This document shows positions 39,878 to 50,535 of a stretch of DNA of 64,000 bases, in pieces. Source of the stretch: Candidatus Poribacteria bacterium (GTDB lineage: Bacteria > Poribacteria > WGA-4E > PCPOR2b). The notes beneath the pieces were generated by a model that made no database searches, had not been told where the DNA came from, and saw only the letters and a program-made list of their open reading frames with translations. Position 1 is the stretch's first letter; each line of letters begins with the position of its first letter. The position numbers and the translations under genes were made by a program. The stretch spans positions 640,001-704,000 of the forward strand of contig OZ244587.1 in assembly GCA_965218095.1 (NCBI GenBank), in the 5' to 3' direction.

Positions 39878-41137
39878 GTGATAACAAAGACCTTCCCAAA
39901 ACGAACACTCCTCGCAGCACTTTCGATTGCCTTGGCAGGCAGCTTTTTGCTGTGCGGCTACGAGTTTATTCGGGCGGTATCAACCTCTTTGTTCATTGAT
40001 GCGTACGGTGCTAAAAACTTGCCTCGGGTGATGGTAGCGGTGCCGCTTGGCGTCTTCTTACTGCTTTATCTCTACGGTAGGCTGCTGTCGTGGTTGGGTG
40101 CGAAACGTGCGTTATTGTTGACGTCAATTTTGTCTGCGGCCCTGATTGCAGGCTGCTACAATCTGATTATCATGGGCTATGCTATCGCGGTGGCAGTGGC
40201 CTATGTTTTCCGTGAAGCATATATTGTGTTAATTATCGAACAATATTGGTCGCTTATCAATAGCACATTAAATCCGAAGCAGGCGCGTTGGATTAATGGA
40301 CCTTTTTGCGCGGTTGCGACGATTGGCTCAGTTACCGGCGGTTCCCTTGTTGCGTACCTCGCTCCATCTTTGGGTTCTGAGGTGTTGCTGCTATTCGTAG
40401 CAGGTTCGCTACTGCCCGCGGCATTGTTTGCGATGTTCGCTTATGCTGCCGCCGGTGAGCCTCAACCCGCAGCCACAGAGCAAGGCGGACGACAGGGACA
40501 TACAGGGTTGAAGGTACTTGCACGTTCCCGCTATCTAATTTTCCTATTCCTGCTCATCCTGACGACACAGGTTGTTTCGACGGTATTAGACCTACGATTT
40601 AATGGATTGGTCGAAACTGCTATTGTTGACAAAGATATGCGAACCGCCTTCTATGGGCGATTTTATGGGCAGTGGCTTGGTATCTCTGCTTTTGTTCTGC
40701 AACTCTGTGCGGGTTTTGTGTTGCGATTCATACCAATTCGCATCCTACATCCGGGCATTCCGCTGGTTCATCTGATTGCGGGTGCGGTGCTGACTGTAGC
40801 ACCTTCCCTGAGGAGTGGTGCGACCGCATTTCTGCTTTTCAAGACATTGGACTATTCGCTTTTCCGAGCGGCAAAAGAGATGCTTTATATTCCTTTATCG
40901 TTCGATGCCCGCTATCGGGCGAAACAGGTCATTGATTCTTTCGGTTATCGATTTGCTAAAGGTGGTAGTGCCGGCGTGATTACCGTAATCGGCTTTGTTA
41001 TGGCAATTCCGGGTGCCGCATATTCTATTACCGCGATGGTGATGGCAATCCTCTGGTCAGGGATTGTGCCGAACTTGACAAAGCAGTACCAAAATCTGGG
41101 GACACGCAATGATGGGAGAGAAGATATAGATGAATAA
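39878..41137 (+). CDS. Npt1/TLC-family (ATP/ADP translocase-like) MFS nucleotide transporter
   Basis: About 12 TM helices; QYWSLIN..LNPKQAR, DYSLFRAAKEMLYIPL..DARYRAK..ID..GYRFAKGG. Confidence 0.75.
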   Translation: MITKTFPKRTLLAALSIALAGSFLLCGYEFIRAVSTSLFIDAYGAKNLPRVMVAVPLGVFLLLYLYGRLLSWLGAKRALLLTSILSAALIAGCYNLIIMGYAIAVAVAYVFREAYIVLIIEQYWSLINSTLNPKQARWINGPFCAVATIGSVTGGSLVAYLAPSLGSEVLLLFVAGSLLPAALFAMFAYAAAGEPQPAATEQGGRQGHTGLKVLARSRYLIFLFLLILTTQVVSTVLDLRFNGLVETAIVDKDMRTAFYGRFYGQWLGISAFVLQLCAGFVLRFIPIRILHPGIPLVHLIAGAVLTVAPSLRSGATAFLLFKTLDYSLFRAAKEMLYIPLSFDARYRAKQVIDSFGYRFAKGGSAGVITVIGFVMAIPGAAYSITAMVMAILWSGIVPNLTKQYQNLGTRNDGREDIDE

Positions 41138-41222
41138 AGACGACGGGTTCATTCGTTCATTCCACTTGGAGTAAATGTCCCTCTGGGTCCATATTTGATG
41201 TTTCGCACTAAGGAGATTATTA

Positions 41223-42047
41223 ATGGCTATCGTTGATACACACGCACATATCTATTCCGAAGACACCGAAACGTATCCGCAAATGCCGGAACCCTACTTG
41301 CCACCGCCCGGTCGAGGAACAATCGAAGACCTGAAAAGCGAGGTCGAGGCAAACAATGTTGATCGCGTTATCGTGGTTCAGACCTTCACCGTTTACCAGC
41401 ATGATAACCGGCTCACGATTGATACCGTGCGGGAAAATCAAGAATGGACGACCGGTGTTTTGAACCTCGATCCCTTTGACGATGAGTCGATAAGTTTAAT
41501 GGAAACGGCGCGTGCGATAGGCGTCCGCGGAAATCGTGTCTCAGTGGGCTGGCCGACGGATGACTCTGTCCTTCCGGAACATCGACACCTATGGGAAGCG
41601 GCGCAACGGTTGGATGTGGTGCTCTGTGCTTTACTCAACCCACCCAACTGCCGCTCGCTAGCGAGTCTGCTTGAAGCGTTTCCCGATGTCCCCGTTGTTC
41701 TGGATCACTGTGCCAATTTGAGAGCCACTGATTTTCCGGATTCTGACAATCTGCAAACGGTTCTGGCTCTTGCACAACTCAAGAATCTATACGCCAAACT
41801 GTCATTTATCGTCACTGGATCTGAAGATGAATTTCCCTGCCGTGATATGTTCGAGATGGTCCGGCAGATCATCGGGGCTTACACGCCGGAAAGATGTATA
41901 TGGGGCAGCGACTTTCCGACATCGCTCTGGATTCCCAAGGTGACGTACCGGCAGCATCTCGCAATCTTTCAGGAACATTTGGGGTTATCCGAAGCGGAAA
42001 AAGCTGCTATCTTAGGCGAAACTGCGATGAAACTCTGGTTTTCCTAA
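41223..42047 (+). CDS. Amidohydrolase_2 family protein
   Basis: VDTHAH, VLDHC, YAKLS, WGSDFP, ILGETA. Confidence 0.9.
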   Translation: MAIVDTHAHIYSEDTETYPQMPEPYLPPPGRGTIEDLKSEVEANNVDRVIVVQTFTVYQHDNRLTIDTVRENQEWTTGVLNLDPFDDESISLMETARAIGVRGNRVSVGWPTDDSVLPEHRHLWEAAQRLDVVLCALLNPPNCRSLASLLEAFPDVPVVLDHCANLRATDFPDSDNLQTVLALAQLKNLYAKLSFIVTGSEDEFPCRDMFEMVRQIIGAYTPERCIWGSDFPTSLWIPKVTYRQHLAIFQEHLGLSEAEKAAILGETAMKLWFS

Positions 42048-42108
42048 CGTGGAGCAGGTACTTCCACACTTGTCTGCTTACGTTTTACACATTACGGGGT
42101 AAATTCGC

Positions 42109-42137
42109 TTGCATCAGATCTGCCAACGCGGTATAAT
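42109..42137 (+). promoter_or_regulatory. Sigma70-type promoter
   Basis: TTGCAT-17 nt-TATAAT. Confidence 0.6.
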
Positions 42138-42171
42138 ATCAGGGTTTTGAGGCAGCGCAGAAAACCAGTCA

Positions 42172-43074
42172 ATGCCTGACTTTCTCCCACCTCGCCAATT
42201 TCAGTTTGTTTCGGTTGAATCTTTTGGAGTTCCAATGGCGCTCATATTAAACGAAGTTCTCGAATGCGAGTTTTCGCTTGCGGATGGAGACACCCCCATT
42301 CTCACCTATCACTACGGCCCCGACTTGTATAAACCGTATTTCCACCCAATCTATGCCCCGAATGGACAGGTTGTGACGGATGATGCCCCTGAAGATCATG
42401 TCCATCATCGCGGGTTATGTTTTGCATGGGGGAATGTGAATGGGGTCAACTATTGGGCAGAGATCAACTGCGATGAATCGGTCCGGGGGCGCATCGTTCA
42501 CCGTGAATTTCAAGAAAAGGCTATCAGCGCAGATCTTGCCCGATTTGTTGTAATCAACGATTGGGTTGCGCCGGACGGAACCAAACCGATCAAAGAGGTC
42601 TGTCACATTACCGTTTACCAACCCCATCTCGACTTTCACACCATCGACCTACGCTTTGAACTCCATGCACAATCAACAGACGTGGTCATGGGAACGCCTC
42701 CTGAATATCACGGGTTGTGCTATCGTGCGGCGGAGGCGGAGTACCGGAAGGTCGTCAACGCTGACAGCCGTCTTGGAGAACTGGAAGCCAAAGGCAAGCC
42801 TTCCCAGTGGTGTGAGCTCGGCTGCGTGTTGGGGGACCAGTCTGTTGGCTTCGCGATTTTTGATCACCCTTCAAACTTACGGCATCCGACCAGATTCTTC
42901 GCCCTGGATGAGGCTTTTGGATTCATTTCCACTTCTTTCGCTCATGATGAACCATACACTATATCTGCCGGTGAGACGCTTACCTTGAAATACCGCCTTC
43001 TCATTCATCTTGGGGACCTTTTCACATTTAACCTGTGGGAATGCTACAAGGAATACGCTAGGTCAGAAGATTGA
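42172..43074 (+). CDS. DUF6807 (PmoA-annotated) family protein
   Basis: KPYFHPIYAPNG..VTDDAPEDHVHHRGL, FDHPSNLRHPT. Confidence 0.75.
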   Translation: MPDFLPPRQFQFVSVESFGVPMALILNEVLECEFSLADGDTPILTYHYGPDLYKPYFHPIYAPNGQVVTDDAPEDHVHHRGLCFAWGNVNGVNYWAEINCDESVRGRIVHREFQEKAISADLARFVVINDWVAPDGTKPIKEVCHITVYQPHLDFHTIDLRFELHAQSTDVVMGTPPEYHGLCYRAAEAEYRKVVNADSRLGELEAKGKPSQWCELGCVLGDQSVGFAIFDHPSNLRHPTRFFALDEAFGFISTSFAHDEPYTISAGETLTLKYRLLIHLGDLFTFNLWECYKEYARSED

Positions 43075-43339
43075 TTCAAGATAGGCTGAGTATAAATATA
43101 CCATCCGGAACATGCACCCTCAAAGGACCAAAACGCAAATATCCCGCCTGGAAAGTACGAAGTTGGGAAAATACGCGCAACCGCCTTGTCCAATACACAG
43201 AATATAATCCGATTACCGACTGGGTTTGGACTCGGCGTGGGATGGAACAACATATCACCTCGACTTACGGTGTAATTGTAACCGGGTCGTTTGCGGTCAC
43301 ACCAATTTGTCCAAAAAGAGTAAAAAGGTCGTAAGAACA

Positions 43340-44743
43340 ATGAAGCCGAAAATTCCAACCAGAACGCAATTACTATTATACAAAGCAGCTCCAACATTGG
43401 AGTCCGTCAACATAACTCAGCCACAGGTCGCTCGGCGGGTTTATATCGAAACCTACGGCTGTCAGATGAACGTGAGTGATAGCGAGCTGATGTCGGGCAT
43501 CTTAACCCGAAACGGCTACGAAATGGTGGATCGACTCGAAAAGGCCAACGTTGTGCTTCTCAATACCTGTGCCATCCGCGAAAATGCTGAAGAGAAGGTT
43601 CTCAATCGTCTCATACACCTGCATCATCGAAAACGGGTACAATCAGATCTGGTTCTCGGCGTGTGCGGTTGCATGGCACAACACATGAAAACAAAACTGA
43701 TCGATGCCGCACCTTATGTGGATTTCGTGTTGGGACCTGACGCCTACCGGAATTTACCGATGGCAATCCATTCAGTGACGACGGGGTACCCATTCCTCGG
43801 CTTAAAGCTGGACAGAGGCGAGGATTATGCGGACATCGCTCCCATTCGCAAGGATGGCGTCCGGTCATGGCTGACCATCCAACGTGGATGCGACAAGATG
43901 TGTACCTTCTGCATCGTGCCGTTTGTACGTGGACGTGAGCGAAGCATCCCGCTACACCTGCTGGTTGATGATGTAAAAAGGCTTGTTGATGAAGGCTTCA
44001 AAGAAGTTGTCCTCCTCGGTCAGACGGTGAACTCTTATGACGATGGAACGCATAATTTCGGGGCCCTCCTGTTTGCAGTGAGCAAAGTTGAAGGAATCGA
44101 GCGGATACGCTTCACTTCGCCACATCCAAGCGATGCCACCGATGCCCTGATTGAGGCGATGGCGAGCTGCGATAAGGTCTGCAACCAAATCCATTTGCCG
44201 CTGCAATCCGGTTCGACGAGGGTGCTGAAAACCATGCGACGCACGTATACGGCGGAGGCGTACCGAGAACTCGTCGCCAAAATGCGAGAGCACATCCCAA
44301 ATATCTCAATCTCCACAGACGTAATTGTCGGCTTCTGCGGCGAGACAGAGGAAGACTTCATGGAGACGTACAACCTCATGGCTGAGATTCGCTACGACTC
44401 GGCATTCATGTTCAAGTATTCGTCCCGCGAAGGCACACTGGCGCACAGAACCCTTGACGACGACGTGATCAATGAAGAGAAGGGACGGCGCTTGCGAGAA
44501 ATCATCGAACTGCAAGAAGACATCTCACACGAAATCAATCAGGGGTTAATCAGCGAGACCGTGGAGGTTTTGGTCGAAGGAGAATCCCGCCGGGAGGCGG
44601 AGAAGTATCAGGGTAAAACCGATGGTTTCAAAACAGCCGTGTTTCCGAAGGAGAGTTCGCAGGTTGGCGATCTCGTCCGTGTGAAAGTCGAATCTGCGAC
44701 AGCACATACGTTGATTGGATCGATTGTCCCTACGCCGCTGTAA
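43340..44743 (+). CDS. miaB: tRNA 2-methylthio-N6-dimethylallyladenosine synthase
   Basis: ETYGCQMNVSDSE, NTCAIRENAE, GCDKMCTFCIVP, RFTSPHP, C-terminal TRAM. Confidence 0.95.
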   Translation: MKPKIPTRTQLLLYKAAPTLESVNITQPQVARRVYIETYGCQMNVSDSELMSGILTRNGYEMVDRLEKANVVLLNTCAIRENAEEKVLNRLIHLHHRKRVQSDLVLGVCGCMAQHMKTKLIDAAPYVDFVLGPDAYRNLPMAIHSVTTGYPFLGLKLDRGEDYADIAPIRKDGVRSWLTIQRGCDKMCTFCIVPFVRGRERSIPLHLLVDDVKRLVDEGFKEVVLLGQTVNSYDDGTHNFGALLFAVSKVEGIERIRFTSPHPSDATDALIEAMASCDKVCNQIHLPLQSGSTRVLKTMRRTYTAEAYRELVAKMREHIPNISISTDVIVGFCGETEEDFMETYNLMAEIRYDSAFMFKYSSREGTLAHRTLDDDVINEEKGRRLREIIELQEDISHEINQGLISETVEVLVEGESRREAEKYQGKTDGFKTAVFPKESSQVGDLVRVKVESATAHTLIGSIVPTPL

Positions 44744-44772
44744 AGTAAATTGTAAGGATTATATCATTGAGG

Positions 44773-45492
44773 ATGAACCAGATGGCTAAGCCGAATCTGC
44801 TGCTGGTTAGTGCAACAGAGCTTGAATCCGGTACTATCCAAAGTGCTCTCGGAGATGCCAAAACCACCCAGCACGCTGGCAAAGCAGTGATCGTCGGAAA
44901 TTTATGCGGCTGGCGATGCACGTTGCTTCACACCGGTATCGGTACTGTCAACGCAGCGCACGCGCTGACTTGCCAGCTCGAACAGCAACTGCCTGACTTA
45001 GTCATTTAATTTGGGATCGGCGGTGCTTATGTGCCGACAGATTTGATCTGTTGTTCTAGCGACAGAGGAGATTTACGGCGATGTCGGCGTGGTGACACCT
45101 GAAGGTTGGAAACCAGCGGACAAAATTGGCCTCCCCTTGGTGCACGGTAGCCCACCTTACTTCAATCGTTTCCCACTGGATTCGAACTGGTTTCAACCGC
45201 CGCTGAGATTTGCGGAGTGAGAAGCGGCACATTTGTAACCGTTTCGCAGTGCAGCGGCGTTGAAGCGATCGGGGATGCCCTCCACGCTCGCTTCAACGCA
45301 CTGTGTGAAAATATGGAAGGTGCTGCCGCCGCCCATATTTGTACGCTATACGGTGTTCCATTTCTGGAGGTACGCAGCATCAGCAATCTGGTCGAAGATC
45401 GCCAACTTGCCCGGTGGGACATTCCAGGGGCAGCGGACGCCGCACAATCCGCTCTCATAAAAATTATCAGCGATATACCCCGAAATCTTTAA
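44773..45492 (+). pseudogene. mqnB: Futalosine hydrolase (disrupted)
   Basis: TGIGTVNAA...VI*FGIGGAY (TAA at 45007-45009), then frameshifts, then ENMEGAAAAH, EVRSISNLVEDR..WDI. Confidence 0.8.
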
Positions 45493-45516
45493 TCGGGGTT
45501 CGTTTTTTCTAAAATA

Positions 45517-46467
45517 ACGCAAGTTGCTAGTTGAATATCCATGGAATTTCCGTTAGAGTATTTGTTAGCCAAAACAAAACTCTTAAACAGGAGAACCCCA
45601 TAGACTTACTCATCGTAGCATTTTATACCCTTTGTGACGATCTTTTAATTCAAAATGGACATCAAGATAACTCAAGAGCCAAAATGTCCGCCGCTGAAGT
45701 GATGACAACCGCATTAGTAGCTGCACAATTCTTCGGTGGCAATCAACAAATGGCGCGATGGCTACTCAAAGAACAGGGATATATTCCCGATATGCTCAGT
45801 AAGGCGTGATTCAATCGAAGACTCCATCAAATTACGCCCATGTTTCAAAGCCTTTTTGAATCGCTTGCCACCGATTGTAAAGCGAACAACCCGCATCAAC
45901 TGTATGCCATTGATACCTATCCTGTCCCAGCGTGTGACCCGATTCGGATTTATCGCTCTCAGTTGTATCAAGGCAAAGTTTGGCGAGGCAAGATAGCCAG
46001 TAAACGTCGATACTTTTATGGACTCAAATTGCATCTGATAGTGACCGAGAGGGGTATACCGGTCGAGCTCTTTTTGACACCGGGCAGTTGGAGCGATGTT
46101 GTGGGGTTGTGGTATTATCCGTTTGACTTGCCCCAAGGCGCGGTCGTTTATGCAGATAGACCGTACTGTAATTATGGGATTGAGGACGCGTTATCCGAGG
46201 ACGGTATTCTGCTCAAACCGTTGCGTAGACACAACAGTAAGCGTCAATATGAACCGTGGGAAATTTACCTGCACCATCGGTATAGGAAGCGTGTGGAAGT
46301 AACAAATAGCCTAATCACCCAACGATTACCACGGTCTATTCATGCTGCTCGGAGTCCCGATCTTATCGGGGCGGTGACGGCTGCTGGGTTTGAGATGAAA
46401 GTCGTTTTGTTTCTCATTGCAACTATGATTACCTTAATCATTACATAAACACACTAGCAACTTGCGT
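45517..46467 (+). mobile_element. IS982-family element, transposase interrupted by TGA
   Basis: 15-bp IR ACGCAAGTTGCTAGT; flanks taaaata/taatata; SKA*FNRRLH, IDTYPVP, YFYGLKLH, YADRPY, RKRVE. Confidence 0.9.
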
Positions 46468-46568
46468 TAATATAAGATTCAATAATCACAGTTACCGAAC
46501 ATTAACGCCGTTCACGCCTTATCCCTCAGCGTATCGGTGTTCACCCTGGAGGGTAATAGGAGAACCCC

Positions 46569-47357
46569 ATGAATCACAAGCAGAAGTTAGGATATACACT
46601 CTTAGGTGCAGGGGTTATGGCAGTCGGTATCACTATCGGGCAGTTTGTTTCGCCGAACATCGAAGCGCAGAGCAATGGGGTGTTTGATGAGATTACTTGC
46701 CGAAGCCTATCGGTCGTTGATGAAAAGGGCGAAACAGAGATTGGCTTAGGAGAAAAAACTGTAGTTATCCGTGATAAGCAGGGGAGGTTAGCGGTTGTCT
46801 TATCAAGCAGGGAGGTAGGAAACGGGCTGACTGTCTTTGATAAGGGGAAAATCGCAGGGATGTTAGTAAGCAATAAAGAAGAAAACTTTGTGTCTATCTC
46901 TGATAAACAGGGGCAAAAAGCGGTTGGCTTATCAAGCAGGAAGGAAGTCAACGCCGTAATTGTCTCTGATAAACAGGGGAAAGAGGCGGTTTTCTTAGCA
47001 AGCACGGAGGGGAACAACGCTATAGTTGTCTCTGATAATCGGGGGAAAAATGCAGTTCGCTTATCAAGCGGTGACTTATCAAGTGGTGATAGGAGAAACG
47101 AAGTGAGTGTCCTTGATAAGCAGGGCAAAGCAGCGGTTCTATTAGGAAATGATTATCTTCGAGACACAAACTATATGCTTGTCCTTGATAATCAGGGGAG
47201 CAACGCAGTTGACTTAATAAGCACAGCGGGAGAAAATGGTGTGGCTGTCTATGATAAGAAGTCGGGTAAAACAGGGGTTCGCTTATACGCTGATGAAAGG
47301 GAGAATGGTATTACTGTGATGGATAAAGCGGGTAACATCAAATGGATAACACCTTAA
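46569..47357 (+). CDS. Membrane-anchored or secreted protein with about 22-aa beta repeats
   Basis: N-terminal TM; repeated DKQGKxAVxLxS...N unit. Confidence 0.8.
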   Translation: MNHKQKLGYTLLGAGVMAVGITIGQFVSPNIEAQSNGVFDEITCRSLSVVDEKGETEIGLGEKTVVIRDKQGRLAVVLSSREVGNGLTVFDKGKIAGMLVSNKEENFVSISDKQGQKAVGLSSRKEVNAVIVSDKQGKEAVFLASTEGNNAIVVSDNRGKNAVRLSSGDLSSGDRRNEVSVLDKQGKAAVLLGNDYLRDTNYMLVLDNQGSNAVDLISTAGENGVAVYDKKSGKTGVRLYADERENGITVMDKAGNIKWITP

Positions 47358-47564
47358 CAGGAAGGATTGATCATGAACGACTTGGTCACACAGTGAAGGA
47401 AACGGTCGGTCACGCCTACTCCTCGTATAACATTCCACTCAGATAGCCTGACTCAGGGCGTTTTTTAATTCGGTAGATTAGGCAAGATTTGGTTCATTGA
47501 AAGAGGAGTTGAGGGCTTCATTGAGCAGAATAGAAGGGAGAAAAGCGTAATGAAAGAACGTTTA

Positions 47565-48441
47565 TGGTAGATCTTAGAATTAATGGTACATTTGAATAAT
47601 ATCGTGAAGTGTGGTTTCGGGGTGATATTCTCGGTATCGCTTGATATTGGCAAAATCGTGTTCAATCGGATTGTAATCTGGAGAATAAGGCGGTAGGAAC
47701 ATCAGACTCGCTCCTGAAGCCTCTATCAACTCTCGGGTCCGAGGTGTTTTGTGAAGCCGCGCATTATCAAGGATTACAACCTGTTTTGAAGTCAAACGTG
47801 GACATAACTGTTCAGCTAACCAGTCATTGAAATCTACCGCTTTGCAGCTCCCTTTGAACACCCGTGCCGCAATAAGTGTCGCTGTCCGGGTGCGTTGGCT
47901 TGAGATAAGTCCAAAGACTTTTTCCCCTTTGGGTGCATACCCATAACGTCTATAACTTTCGTCTCGAAACCCACTCTCATCGACATAAACAAAAGACTTA
48001 CCAGAGGCTTTCACTTGTGCGAGTTGCTGAAGATACGCTTGTCGTTTTTCAGCGCATTGCTCCTTATATCCGAGACTTTTTTTTCGGGTGCAACCGATAT
48101 TTTTCAGCCCATACCCGATACAAGACTTTGACACACCAAAATGAGCTGCGCGCTCGGCGTAGGTCTGGTCTGGAAAATCAGCGACATGTTTTCTCAGCGC
48201 ATCGGGGTCAAGGGTTCGCGGGCGACGGGGCCCTGGTTTCTGACGTTTGAGCGGGTCAGGCGCATTCAACCACTTATACAGCGTTGAGCGGGCGACGGAA
48301 AAACGGCGGCTCGCTTCGGTCTTGCCACCGCCAGCTACGATAAAATCTAAGACGCGTTTGCGTAAATCTAAAGAATAGGCCATAATAACTATAGGATACC
48401 AGCAATATAAGAAAATGTCTACTTATTTATAGGGTTCGCCA
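47565..48441 (-). mobile_element. IS630-family element
   Basis: TA at both ends (47563-64, 48442-43); imperfect IR starting TGG; DDE transposase inside. Confidence 0.9.
47580..48383 (-). CDS. IS630 transposase
   Basis: MAYSLDLRKRV, VDESGF, ILDNA, LPPYSPDYNPIE. Confidence 0.9.
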   Translation of the reverse strand: MAYSLDLRKRVLDFIVAGGGKTEASRRFSVARSTLYKWLNAPDPLKRQKPGPRRPRTLDPDALRKHVADFPDQTYAERAAHFGVSKSCIGYGLKNIGCTRKKSLGYKEQCAEKRQAYLQQLAQVKASGKSFVYVDESGFRDESYRRYGYAPKGEKVFGLISSQRTRTATLIAARVFKGSCKAVDFNDWLAEQLCPRLTSKQVVILDNARLHKTPRTRELIEASGASLMFLPPYSPDYNPIEHDFANIKRYREYHPETTLHDIIQMYH

Positions 48442-48443
48442 TA

Positions 48444-49271
48444 ATAGCAATAAAGAACGTCAGCAAGAGTGGTTTCTCGTTCTTAACGAATTCTAAGTAC
48501 CTTAAGACCGCTTGTCCTCATGCGTATGAAGACTTTCGCAATCACGGCTACACGAATGTCGCTCTAGCCGTTTATGAATTCTGGCCTGGAAGCGATTTCC
48601 TGCGTCGAAATGGAGTCCTTCCGTATATGTTTCAACAAACACATAGCGATGCACTGCAGAGAACAGATGCACAAAGCATGATCGAACATGTTTACTTGAA
48701 CTTTATTTCAGGGGAAGGTGTGCATTCGTCGCAAGAGCAGCTTCGTGGTGCTAAGGAGAGGATGTATGTTCGCTACCGTGAAACCGATTTTGTAACCGGT
48801 GCCGAACTCTCTCGTTTCGGTGTTCCAGCGAATTTCTATTTGCAACAGGGCGGGCTGCAGCAAATTCTTAGAGACCTCCATCACAAATACGGCGTCGAGC
48901 TTAGTTATGTGGACGAAGGGGGCAATACGTGGTCGAGCGCGAAATTCAGAGAGCGGTTTCCGGAGCGGAATCTTGACTCCTGCGAATATTGCGGGTTGAG
49001 TCCCGTAGATTTGCATCACTTGTTGCCTCGTGATGACCATCCAAGCCTCATCTATGACGGCAACAACGTAGTACCGTTATGCGTTAACGTACATCAGCGT
49101 ATTACAAGGAAATGTTGGACGAGTAAGGAGAAGCGTGCCTACAACGACGCGTCGAAACTCTGGTTGCGGAGTTCAGCGAGGGAATGCCGTCGAGATGTGT
49201 TCAAAAGTGTTATGGAGCAGATTCATGCGAAGGTTTATGGGAATTCCTTCATCCTGAGGCCCACAAGATAA
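48444..49271 (+). pseudogene. HNH endonuclease, 5' end cut off by IS630
   Basis: CEYCG..DLHHLLP..NNVVPLCVNVH; frame open from the IS end and in frame with MKERL at 47550-47564. Confidence 0.75.
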
Positions 49272-49283
49272 TGACCACCCCGC

Positions 49284-49562
49284 GTGAAGGAAATGCTCGA
49301 AAACGAAGGTGTGACGATAGCGGATCTGAAAAATGATGGAGAACTTCGTCGGGAGTGGTTGGTGAGACTCCGAGATGTACGCGGGACAAAGAAAAGGGAA
49401 AAGAGGGGGTCGGGAGATGATTTTTATAAAGTCATCGTCACCAATAACCTGTTTCGTCCACTTGGGTATAGAAAACCGAACCCGGGGCCTGCCTTTGAAG
49501 TCCTCGCTACCCTCATCGACCGCAAGTCCGTTAAGAGCAAGGTGCTGCTCGTAAGCGCGTAA
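49284..49562 (+). CDS. Hypothetical protein or gene fragment
   Basis: Short ORF with FYKVIVTNNLFRPLGY; no function recognised. Confidence 0.4.
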   Translation: MKEMLENEGVTIADLKNDGELRREWLVRLRDVRGTKKREKRGSGDDFYKVIVTNNLFRPLGYRKPNPGPAFEVLATLIDRKSVKSKVLLVSA

Positions 49563-49786
49563 GCTTTCAATTGATGATCGACGATTCTCGCAAGATGTAG
49601 TAAACTACAAATAAGAGTGTGTGAGAAGTCCTATGAAACTCCGGGATCGGGGTTCATTTTGAGGTGGGGTCTGAAAAAATGCGACCGTTTCATTCCCAAA
49701 ATCGGCGACAATCAGCTTCGCAACCTTCCGAAGGTTAGCAAAGTGCCTCAAAAATGATACGACTGGGAAGGAGACACAAACAGGCT

Positions 49787-50512
49787 ATGGAAGACATCGA
49801 AAGTAAATTGGATCAATTAGAGCGGGACGGTTTCGTACTAATCAAGGGCGCACTGTCACCGGAAGAAACGGAACATATTCGGCAGCGGATTAACTATGCC
49901 CGTGAGATAGGCTGGGAGGAAGGACTCAACGCGGTCGGCAATATGTAGTTTGACACCTTGCTGGATCGGGAGCCGGAGACGTATGCTCCGTTGGTGGGTC
50001 ACCCAAGTGTTCGCCCTTACCTCGAGGGGATGATGGGTAAGCAGTGTCAACTGCGTAGCTACCGGGCACATATTAACCCGGGACCATACCTTCAAGAGTG
50101 GCATCTGGATTTCTATGGTTATTGGCAGGAGAAACGGGAGGCGAAAAAGCATCGGCTCGCGGTGCCTCCCATTGGCATCAACGCCACCTTCTATTTTCAG
50201 GACAATGGGCCCGGCTTAGGATACCTCAAGTATGTCAAAAACGGACACCTCGTCGAACCGCCCCACCTGTATCCCTTAGACCGTCCCAAGTTTGAAGCGT
50301 GGTGTGAGGCACAGAAGCATATCATCCTCTACCCGAAGGCTGGCGACTGTGTGGTGTTCATCAACCATATACCTCACCAAGGCGCGAAAGAACGGGATGA
50401 CATGGAGCGTAGCAACGTGGTCTGCCACTATCAGGTGACACCGATGTACGAGGGGATCTGGCACGTCGCACACCCGCGCGGATATGACGGAACATACCCG
50501 TTTGCGCGTTAA
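49787..50512 (+). pseudogene. Phytanoyl-CoA dioxygenase (PhyH) family, interrupted by in-frame TAG
   Basis: LERDGFVLIKGALS...NM*FD...QEWHLD, AGDCVVF, HQG; TAG at 49946-49948. Confidence 0.8.
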
Positions 50513-50535
50513 CGGGTATACTGTCCACCGCCAGA

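Noticed and set aside
42172-43074. Particulate methane monooxygenase subunit
   Set aside because: Soluble protein with no TM helices and no pmoB/C; the PmoA label of this family is misleading
43075-43339. Structured RNA or leader peptide upstream of miaB
   Set aside because: No recognisable riboswitch motif, stable hairpin or credible small ORF
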